Below, in pieces: positions 8,837-16,466 of a stretch of DNA of 34,077 bases (position 1 is the first letter of the stretch; every line of letters starts with the position of its first letter). The notes under the pieces were generated by a model, which ran no database searches, had not been told where the DNA came from, and was given only the letters and a program-made list of their open reading frames with translations. The DNA comes from Nitrospiraceae bacterium (GTDB lineage Bacteria; Nitrospirota; Nitrospiria; Nitrospirales; Nitrospiraceae), in NCBI GenBank assembly GCA_037442105.1, contig JBBIQV010000002.1, positions 124,001 to 158,077 of the forward strand, written 5' to 3'. The translations under genes were made by a program, and so were the position numbers.

Positions 8837-10431
8837 ATGGGCGAAACGCGCGTTGATCTCCAACACCTCCTCGAAGACCTGCGCGATGCCTATCCCGGCG
8901 CGCTGGAAGAAACCATCCTCACGGAAATCGTCGCCAATTCGCTGGACTCCGGCGCCAGCCGCATTCGGCTCGCGACCGATCCGGCTCAGGCCACACTGAC
9001 CATCGTGGATAACGGATGCGGCATGAGGCGGAGGGATCTTGTCCGCTACCATGATCTCGCGGCGAGCACGAAGACGCGCGGCCAGGGCATCGGCTTCGCC
9101 GGAGTCGGGATCAAGCTCGGTCTGCTGGTATGTGAAGACGTCGTGACGGAAACGCGGCGCGGCAAAGAACGCGTGGCGAGCCGGTGGTTTCTGGCCGGGC
9201 GCCACAAGGCGCCGTGGAAATGGATCCCGCCTCTCGGCTTGGTTGCCGAGCATGGAACGGCGGTGCGCCTCAAGCTGCACAACGCGTTGTCGCCGCTCCT
9301 GGACGAGGGCTATCTGGAAGAGACCTTACGCCGGCAGTATCAGCCCCTGCTGGAACCGGAGTTCGACGAGATCCTCGAGACGTATTATCCGAAGGGCGTT
9401 GCGTTCGAGGTGGGTGGGAGCGTGCTTGAAAAAAGCGGGCTAGAGCGCCGGAGGTCGCGAGGCTGGCCGTCTGCCTGGCCCGCAAGCGCAAGCCGACGGC
9501 GGTCGGTTACCTGACACGGACGGACCTGTCGCTTCCGGAGGACCAGCGCGGCGTCGCGATCAGCACCTATGGGAAGGTCATCAAACGCGGCTGGGATTGG
9601 CTCGGCGTCATGCCTTCGGCGCCTGATCGGATGGGCGGCGTCATCGAGGCCCCGGCGCTGGCCGCAGCGCTCACGTTGAACAAGGGAGACTTCGTGCGCG
9701 TCGGGACGCGTGGTGCCCTGTACCTGGGCTACCGCAAGGCCATCCAGGAGGCTGTCTCGAAGCAACTGGCCGTCTGGGGCGATGCCCGAGAATCTACCGA
9801 GGCCACGCGGCGTCGCGCGATGCGCCCGCTGGAGCGAGACTTGGAAACCGTGCTCGTGGACCTGGCTGACGAGTTTCCGTTACTGGCCTCGCTCGTCGAG
9901 CGGCGCGCCGGCGGTCAGAAGCGATTGCCCCTTGGGCGGGGCGGCTCGGCCGAGGACGGGCCATCGCTTCTTGCCGCCTCCATCACCGGTCGGGCAGAAG
10001 CGCCGGAGGAGCCGGCGCTTCCGTCGGAGCCGGTGCCGGAATCAACGGGTGCGGAGCAACCAACCGCAGAAGCACAGGCAGAACCCGAACCTCAGCCTGA
10101 ACCTTTCCCCGGCGGCGCTCTGTTACCCGAAGCCAAGGGAAAACCCCGGCCGGCCCGCTATGGGCTTAACATCCGGTTCGAGGCATCAGCCGACGATCCG
10201 GAACTCGGACGACTGGTTGAATCCACGGTCGTGGTGAACGACGCACACCCGGCCTATTGCCGCGCCGTCGCTTCCCGTTCGGAGGGCTACCACGTCGCCC
10301 TCGCCGTCGCCCTGGCCCTGGCGCGTTTGGCCGTGCCGCCTGCTGAAGAACACGAGTTCGTCATGGCGTTCCTCTCTCGCTGGGGAGAATCGCTCAAGAA
10401 GCCTGCTCCTCGGGTTCGGCGGCGACGGTAG
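8837..10431 (+). pseudogene. GHKL (HSP90/MORC-like) ATPase gene split by a single frameshift near 9429-9435
   Basis: EIVANSLD, IVDNGCGM, GFAGVGIK Bergerat motifs. The -1 frame opens right after TGA 9427-9429 and runs KKRARAPEVARL..RGVAISTYGKVIKRGWDWLG into ORF 9610..10431. Confidence 0.75.
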
Positions 10432-10528
10432 AGACCGGGCAGGTAGCCGGCAGCGAAGAGCAGGCAGCGTTTAAGCTGAGCGGTTTTCTACCTCCGGCTC
10501 GATCGGATTTGGCCCCTTCGTTGTGCGA

Positions 10529-10903
10529 TTACTCCCCGAATAAGGCGAGCTCCTTTACCATCTGGAAGTGCCGTTTGTTCCTGGTCAAAAGGGGGAGTCG
10601 CTTGACGAGTGCACTGGCGGCAATCAGAGCGTCGCCTTTCTCGATCGCAGGAAAGAGGCGTCGAAGCTCTGAGTACCGCGCGGCGATGGCATCGGACAAC
10701 GGAATCAGCCGGCATCGGCTTAATTCGGCCAAAATGGATTCCTGCTCGGTATCGCGCAACCCGGGCTTGGTGAGCAGTTCCTTTTTGGTGATGATGGAAT
10801 AATAGACGGTGAAACGTTTGGAATCGAAAAGAGTGTGGAACCGGCCGGTGTTGAGATAATCGATAAAGACGTCGGTATCTACAAGGACCGAGACTTTTGC
10901 CAT
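10529..10903 (-). CDS. PIN-domain (VapC-like) toxin
   Basis: VLVDTDVFIDYL, TKKELL, GDALIAASAL..LLTRNKRHF. Confidence 0.9.
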   Translation of the reverse strand: MAKVSVLVDTDVFIDYLNTGRFHTLFDSKRFTVYYSIITKKELLTKPGLRDTEQESILAELSRCRLIPLSDAIAARYSELRRLFPAIEKGDALIAASALVKRLPLLTRNKRHFQMVKELALFGE

Positions 10904-11148
10904 GCTTCAATCTCGGCCAGGAATTCGTCATCTGACTGTCTACGGCCGTGCTTGCGGAGGGAGGTCACGTACGCGGCGCTATCCTCCACGTCCGTATGTC
11001 CGAACGGGTTGAACTTTTCTCGTACAAGATTTTCAAGCACCGTCACGGGATAGACGCCACGACGCCTCGCCGCCTTGACGACCAAGCTCTTGAGTTCCGG
11101 ATCGAACGACAACGTCCATTTTTCTTTTCGTAACGCGGTCTTCGGCAT
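10879..11148 (-). CDS. Putative antitoxin (ribbon-helix-helix-like N-terminus, acidic C-terminus)
   Basis: KEKWTLSFDPELKSLVVKAARRRG; sits upstream of and overlaps the PIN gene; SD GAGG. Confidence 0.7.
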   Translation of the reverse strand: MPKTALRKEKWTLSFDPELKSLVVKAARRRGVYPVTVLENLVREKFNPFGHTDVEDSAAYVTSLRKHGRRQSDDEFLAEIEAWQKSRSL

Positions 11149-11167
11149 GGCATCCTCTCTTTTGCCG

Positions 11168-11224
11168 TACGTATACTAGACGTATGAGCAGGCAGTGTCA
11201 AGGCTTGGAAACGAATGATATAAT
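11168..11224. promoter_or_regulatory. Divergent promoters for the TA operon (-) and uvrA (+)
   Basis: Minus strand: TTGACA (11201-11196), 17 bp, TAGTAT (11178-11173), with a TACGT..ACGTA inverted repeat around it. Plus strand: extended -10 TGaTATAAT (11216-11224) ending 9 nt before the uvrA ATG. Confidence 0.6.
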
Positions 11225-11233
11225 TCCGCGTCC

Positions 11234-13852
11234 ATGAACGGTTCAATCATCATCAAGGGCGCGCGCGAGCACAATCTCAAGAACATCGACGTCACGATTC
11301 CGCGCGACAAGCTGGTCGTCATTACGGGCTTGAGCGGATCGGGCAAGTCGTCGCTCGCGTTCGACACGATCTATGCCGAAGGCCAACGGCGCTATGTCGA
11401 GTCGCTCTCGGCCTATGCCCGCCAATTTCTTGAGCAGATGAGTAAGCCGGACGTCGACTCCATCGAAGGGCTCTCACCGGCCATCTCGATCGAACAGAAG
11501 AGCACCAGCCACAATCCTCGATCGACCGTTGGGACCGTCACCGAGATTTATGATTACCTGCGGCTTCTCTTCGCACGGGTGGGCCGGCCCTTTTGCTTCC
11601 AGTGCGGGGAGGAGATCACCGCGCAGACGGTCCAGCAGATGGTGGATGCCATCAGCGCGTTCTCTGAAGGTACGAAGTTCCAGATTCTGGCCCCGATCGT
11701 GCGCGGGAGGAAGGGCGAGTACCGCAAGGAGCTGCTGGAAATGCGGCGAGCCGGCTACGTCCGGGCACGGATCGACGGTCAGCTTGTGGATCTCGGCGAG
11801 GACATCGCGCTCGATAAGCAGAAGAAACATACCATTGAAATCATCGTTGATCGACTCGTCATGAAGCCGGGCGACGCGCTGGCCCGCCGGTTGGCCGATT
11901 CGGTGGAAACGTCCTTGAAGCTGGCGGGCGGACTGGTCGGGGTGCTGGCTGAAGGCGGGAAGACATCGCTCTATAGCGAGAAGCTGGCCTGCATCCACTG
12001 CGGCGTGAGTTACCCCGAAATCACACCGCGCGTTTTCTCCTTTAATAGTCCCCATGGGGCCTGTCCCGCCTGCGACGGCATCGGCTATGCCATGACGAAG
12101 GGGACTGAAGGGGGACTGTCCCCCTGGGTCGACGAAGACTTCACTCTGCTCGACGCCTGCCCCGTGTGTCACGGCGCGCGACTCAAACCGGAAAGTCTCT
12201 CGGTCAAGATCGGGCGCAAGTCGATCGCTGAAGTGACCGAGCTGTCGGTCCGCGCCGCCGCCGACTTCTTTTCGTCGTTGCAGTTCACCGAGCGCGATCT
12301 ACTCATCGCGCAGCGCATCTTCAAAGAGATTCGCGAGAGACTGGGATTTCTGGTGAACGTGGGGCTGGATTATCTGACGCTGGATCGCGCCGCGGCCACG
12401 TTGTCGGGCGGCGAGGGCCAGCGTATCCGGCTCGCCACGCAGATCGGGTCCGGTCTCGTCGGGGTGCTGTACATCCTCGATGAACCTTCCATCGGGCTGC
12501 ATCAGCGGGACAACCGGCGGCTGCTGCAAACGCTTGTTCGGCTGCGCGATCTCGGCAACACCGTCATCGTGGTGGAACACGATGTCGAGACGATGCTGGC
12601 GGCGGATCACATCCTCGATTTGGGACCGGGAGCCGGTTCGCACGGAGGCCACGTGGTCGCCCAAGGCACGCCGGCCGAGGTGATGGGCCATCCCGATTCG
12701 CTGACCGGCAAGTACCTGCGGGGAGAGTATACAGTCTCGCTGCCGGTCCGGAAACGGACGCCCAAGGGCTTCCTCTCCGTGGTCGCCGCCAAGAAACACA
12801 ATCTCAAAGGCATCACGGCAAAAATCCCGCTCGGCTTGCTGACGTGCGTCACCGGCGTGTCCGGCTCAGGCAAGAGCACGCTGGTGCTCGAAGTGCTCTT
12901 TCACTCGCTGTCGCAGATACTCAGCCGTCAGCCGTCAGCCGTCAGCCATGGGTATCGGACGGGGACAGGCACCGCCGGGGACGGTCGCCCTTCCGTCCGG
13001 CGACTGTCCCCCTCTCGGCGGAGCCAGTCCCCTCTTGACGGGTGCAAGGAGCTTCTCGGCGTCGAGGCGCTGGACAAGGTGATCGACATCGACCAATCGC
13101 CCATCGGCCGCACCCCGCGGTCCAATCCCGCCACCTACACCGGCCTGTTCAGTTTCATCCGCGATCTCTACTCGAATCTCCCGGAGTCGCGCGTGCGGGG
13201 GTACAAGCCTGGCCGCTACAGCTTCAATGTCAAAGGCGGGCGATGCGAAGCCTGCCAGGGCGACGGACTCATCAAGATCGAAATGCACTTTCTGCCCGAC
13301 GTGTACGTGACTTGCGAAGTCTGCAAAGGCCAGCGGTATAACCGCGAGACCTTGGAGATTCATCACAAGGGTAAGAGTATCGCCGACGTGCTCGACATGA
13401 CGGTCGACGACGCGGTGGAGTTTTTCGAGCATATCCCCTTCATCAAGCGGAAGCTCGAAACGCTGCACGATGTCGGACTTCACTATGTGAAGCTCGGGCA
13501 GTCGGCGACGACGCTCTCCGGCGGCGAAGCGCAACGGGTCAAGCTCTCCCGCGAACTCTCGAAGCGGGCCACCGGCCGGACGCTCTACATTCTGGACGAG
13601 CCGACGACCGGCTTGCACTTTGCCGACATTCAGCGCCTGCTCGATGTGCTCGATCGGCTGACCGAAGCGGGCAACACGGTGCTGGTGATCGAACACAATC
13701 TCGATGTCATCCGGAATGCGGATTGGATCATCGATCTGGGGCCGGAAGGCGGCGACCGGGGTGGAGAAATTGTCGCGGAGGGTTCGCCGAAAGAGGTGGC
13801 GAAGTCGAAGCGATCGTATACAGGGCAGGTGTTGAGAGAGGCGGGGCTGTAA
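11234..13852 (+). CDS. uvrA: Excinuclease ABC subunit A
   Basis: [23 protein letters not shown], two LSGGE signatures, [23 protein letters not shown], Cys zinc modules. Confidence 0.98.
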   Translation: MNGSIIIKGAREHNLKNIDVTIPRDKLVVITGLSGSGKSSLAFDTIYAEGQRRYVESLSAYARQFLEQMSKPDVDSIEGLSPAISIEQKSTSHNPRSTVGTVTEIYDYLRLLFARVGRPFCFQCGEEITAQTVQQMVDAISAFSEGTKFQILAPIVRGRKGEYRKELLEMRRAGYVRARIDGQLVDLGEDIALDKQKKHTIEIIVDRLVMKPGDALARRLADSVETSLKLAGGLVGVLAEGGKTSLYSEKLACIHCGVSYPEITPRVFSFNSPHGACPACDGIGYAMTKGTEGGLSPWVDEDFTLLDACPVCHGARLKPESLSVKIGRKSIAEVTELSVRAAADFFSSLQFTERDLLIAQRIFKEIRERLGFLVNVGLDYLTLDRAAATLSGGEGQRIRLATQIGSGLVGVLYILDEPSIGLHQRDNRRLLQTLVRLRDLGNTVIVVEHDVETMLAADHILDLGPGAGSHGGHVVAQGTPAEVMGHPDSLTGKYLRGEYTVSLPVRKRTPKGFLSVVAAKKHNLKGITAKIPLGLLTCVTGVSGSGKSTLVLEVLFHSLSQILSRQPSAVSHGYRTGTGTAGDGRPSVRRLSPSRRSQSPLDGCKELLGVEALDKVIDIDQSPIGRTPRSNPATYTGLFSFIRDLYSNLPESRVRGYKPGRYSFNVKGGRCEACQGDGLIKIEMHFLPDVYVTCEVCKGQRYNRETLEIHHKGKSIADVLDMTVDDAVEFFEHIPFIKRKLETLHDVGLHYVKLGQSATTLSGGEAQRVKLSRELSKRATGRTLYILDEPTTGLHFADIQRLLDVLDRLTEAGNTVLVIEHNLDVIRNADWIIDLGPEGGDRGGEIVAEGSPKEVAKSKRSYTGQVLREAGL
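12921..13032. repeat. In-frame composite repeat in uvrA: (TCAGCCG)x4 plus nested GGGGAC..GTCCCC hairpin
   Basis: TCAGCCG x3 + TCAGCCA 12921-12948; GGGGACAGGCACC 12961, GGGGACGGTCGCC 12977, GGCGACTGTCCCC 12999, GGAGCCAGTCCCC 13020. Confidence 0.85.
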
Positions 13853-13888
13853 GAAGGTAAGCACTCCCATGCGGCGCCGTGAGTCGCG

Positions 13889-13979
13889 TTGACAAGCGAT
13901 TGAACACGCGTAAGAATCCAGCCTCGGTGCACGATCCGGTTGGGCGTACTCTGCCGGCCAGTATACTTAATGGTTAGGC
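13889..13979 (+). promoter_or_regulatory. Candidate cassette promoter and attI-like site
   Basis: TTGACA 13889-13894 with TAAGAAT at 13911-13917; GTTGGGC 13939-13945; AGTATAC-6 bp-GTTAGGC 13960-13979. GTTAGGC is the exact complement of the R'' of the downstream attC. Confidence 0.45.
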
Positions 13980-13982
13980 GCC

Positions 13983-14248
13983 TAACCAGCATTATTCATG
14001 ACCATTTCTGCTGCAATCGCGGATTCGCTGCTGCGACAAGCCTTCGGCGGGCAGGCTCGCCGCTTGCCCCCTCGACGTACTGTTTGGGGACTGGCTCCGT
14101 CGTCCGCGACGGTGCCTGTCCCGGTTCGGACGGGGACAGACACCACGCGCAGACGCGGGGAAGGGTGTCAGTCCCCGGGGCTCCGCGTGCCCGTCTCGCA
14201 ACGCGACTGCGCGATTTCGCGACGAACTGTCATGAATAATGCGGGTTA
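13983..14248. mobile_element. MITE family A, copy 1 (GGGGAC hairpin cargo)
   Basis: 19-bp TIRs TAACCAGCATTATTCATGA / TCATGAATAATGCGGGTTA (1 mismatch); subterminal TTCTGCTGCAATCGCG and GATTTCGCGACGAAC shared with the other copies; no transposase. Confidence 0.85.
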
Positions 14249-14662
14249 ATCGGTGACTATCTCGATAGGCGGGGATATCGGAAGCAAGCTCATCCGCCAT
14301 CCAAGCCTCTTGCGGCGATGGAGCCGGGCACGTATACCTTTCGCATGAATCTGGCCGTCGGAAAGGCTCACAAAGTCAATATACCGGTCGACGTCGTGAT
14401 TCAACCCAAGAAGCTGCGCAAGGATCGGATGCCCATTTTGGTCGAAGCCAAGTCGGCTGGCGATTTTACAAATACAAACAAGCGCCGCAAGGAAGAGGCG
14501 ACCAAGATTCACCAGTTACAGGCGACCTACGGCAAGACCGTGGCGTTCGTCTTGTTCCTCTGCGGATACTTTGGCAGCGACTACTTAGGCTACGAAGCTG
14601 CTGAGGGATTAGACTGGGTGTGGGAGCACAGAATCAACGACATCGCGAAACTAGGGCTATAG
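14249..14662 (+). pseudogene. 5'-truncated XamI-family type II restriction endonuclease
   Basis: The frame begins at the MITE right end (IGDYLDRRGYRKQAHP..MEPGTYTF), then IPVDVVI..LVEAKSAGDFTNTNKRRKEEATK..LCGYF..YLGYEAAEGLDWVWEHRI. Only about 137 codons remain. Confidence 0.75.
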
Positions 14663-14666
14663 GCCA

Positions 14667-16262
14667 ATGCTTTCACGTTACGATAACCCGATTGAAGAAC
14701 GCCGACAGGCAATTCAGGCGGTGCTTGATGCAGGCAAGTCGCCGGCCGAGAGGAACCGCCTCGGTCAATTCGCAACTCCCAACGCCTTTGCAATTGAAAT
14801 CGCTCAGTATGTCCAGTCTGTTATAGAACGCCGTCTCAGTACTATTCGTTTCGCTGATCCTGCCATCGGCACGGGCAGCTTCTATTCCGCCGCACTTACC
14901 GTCTTTGGCCCCGAAAAGATCAAGAATGCTGTTGGTGTCGAACTCGATCCTGGCTTCCATAAGGCCACTCGCGATCTTTGGGCAAAGACCGGTCTTGAAG
15001 TGGTGCACGGCGACTTTACTCGTATTGTCGGAAGCAGCAGTCTCCCCGTTGCGCCCAATCTGATCCTTACCAACCCGCCTTATGTCCGGCATCATCACAT
15101 GAAGCGTGAGGATAAGGAACGCCTGCAAGCCCTTGCATACCGAATGACTGGTATCAGGGTCAACGGTCTTGCAGGCTTGTATGTTTACTTTCTCCTTCTC
15201 GCAACGGCGTGGATGGAGGAGGGGGGCTTTGCGGCATGGCTCATCCCGTCCGAATTCATGGACGTAAACTACGGAGAGGCACTCAAACGCTTTCTCACGG
15301 ATCGCGTGGAGCTCGTCCGCGTTCATCGGTTCGACGCCGAAGATGTTCAGTTTGATGATGCCGTGGTTTCATCAGTAGTCTTGGTGTTCCATAAGACACT
15401 TCCGTCACCCGGACACAGCGTCGAGTTTACTTTTGGCGGGACGATGAGTCAGCCTCACATACGCGAATCTGTCACGCTTGACCGACTGCGCGATTCGCGC
15501 AAGTGGACCGCGTACCCCGAGCACGCCAAGAATGACCGCCGCGTATCCACAAACATCGAAGGGCCACAACTCGGAGACTTATTCCGAATCCAGCGCGGTA
15601 TTGCCACGGGTAGCAATAAGTTCTTCGTCCTTGAACGCACCGAGGCAGCTCGACGCAGCCTGCCGAAGAAGTTCCTGCGCCCGATTCTTCCTAGCCCGCG
15701 CTACCTTCAGGCGACAATCATTGACGCCGACGAAGATGGTTATCCGCTGATCGACCAACAACTCTGCGTCATAGACTGCGAGCTGCCGGAGCACGCTATC
15801 GAGGCCAAGTATCCAGCTCTCTGGGAATACCTGCAAACTGCCGAGGCGCTTGGGATCAAAGACGGTTATCTCATCGGTAAGCGCGCGCCATGGTACAAGC
15901 AAGAGCAACGGTTGCCTGCCCCCTTCCTTTGCACGTACATGGGCCGGGGTACCGAGGAAAAGCAGCCGTTTCGCTTCATCTGGAATCGATCAGCTGCCAT
16001 AGGGACGAACCTTTACCTGATGCTGTATCCACAGGGCAGTCTCGCGGAAAAGCTACGCCTGCAACCAGATTGCGGTGCGATAATCCACGAGCTGTTGCGA
16101 TCTGTCACCGGCCACGAGCTGCGCGGCGAGGGACGAGTCTACGGCGGTGGGCTCAACAAGATTGAGCCGAGCGAACTGGGCCGCATTTCGGCGGCGTCGT
16201 TTGTCGATCGCTGGCCGGAGTTGAGGCCCGCTGCGGAACGCCAAGTGGAACTCTTCGGCTGA
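14667..16262 (+). CDS. Gamma-class N6-adenine DNA methyltransferase (Eco57I/TaqI-like; cognate of the XamI-like REase)
   Basis: GQFATP, FADPAIGTGSF (motif I), ILTNPPYVRHH (motif IV), GLYVYF, RGIATG, YGGGLNKIEPSEL. Confidence 0.9.
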   Translation: MLSRYDNPIEERRQAIQAVLDAGKSPAERNRLGQFATPNAFAIEIAQYVQSVIERRLSTIRFADPAIGTGSFYSAALTVFGPEKIKNAVGVELDPGFHKATRDLWAKTGLEVVHGDFTRIVGSSSLPVAPNLILTNPPYVRHHHMKREDKERLQALAYRMTGIRVNGLAGLYVYFLLLATAWMEEGGFAAWLIPSEFMDVNYGEALKRFLTDRVELVRVHRFDAEDVQFDDAVVSSVVLVFHKTLPSPGHSVEFTFGGTMSQPHIRESVTLDRLRDSRKWTAYPEHAKNDRRVSTNIEGPQLGDLFRIQRGIATGSNKFFVLERTEAARRSLPKKFLRPILPSPRYLQATIIDADEDGYPLIDQQLCVIDCELPEHAIEAKYPALWEYLQTAEALGIKDGYLIGKRAPWYKQEQRLPAPFLCTYMGRGTEEKQPFRFIWNRSAAIGTNLYLMLYPQGSLAEKLRLQPDCGAIIHELLRSVTGHELRGEGRVYGGGLNKIEPSELGRISAASFVDRWPELRPAAERQVELFG

Positions 16263-16284
16263 CTCGCAGCAGAATCAAAAGGGC

Positions 16285-16350
16285 GCCTAACCAGCCGATG
16301 AAGCTGACGGTCGCTTGCGGCACCTGTAGCTTATCGGCGAGGCGTTCGAC
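16285..16350 (+). other. Integron attC recombination site
   Basis: R'' GCCTAAC 16285-16291; stem GCCGAT[G]AAGCT pairs with AGCTTATCGGC leaving one extrahelical base; R' GTTCGAC 16344-16350; 66 bp long, starting 22 bp after the MTase stop. Confidence 0.8.
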
Positions 16351-16359
16351 GGGGCGCTG

Positions 16360-16391
16360 TCGTCACGACCCGTCATGAAGCATGCGCGATA
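16360..16391. repeat. Degenerate solo right end of MITE family A
   Basis: ACGACCCGTCATGAAGCATGCGCGATA versus the family end ACGAACCGTCATGAATAATGCGGGCTA. Confidence 0.6.
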
Positions 16392-16466
16392 ACCTCCCCT
16401 CTTGCCCGCTCGGCACAAGCGCGGGACCGAGAAGCACGGTCGCGGGACACATCCGATAGGTCGTCG

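Noticed and set aside
9428..9435. AAAAAAG as a programmed -1 ribosomal frameshift site
   Set aside because: The upstream frame reads GAA AAA AGC, so the heptamer is not in the canonical A-AAA-AAG phase; a homopolymer indel is simpler.
12935..13870. 311-aa minus ORF in the position where an integron integrase would sit
   Set aside because: Almost entirely antisense to uvrA and lacks tyrosine-recombinase R-H-R-Y motifs.
13992..14300. Short ORFs across the MITEs (also 30757-31401 and 21168-21371)
   Set aside because: They are translations of repeat DNA with no transposase motifs or RBS.
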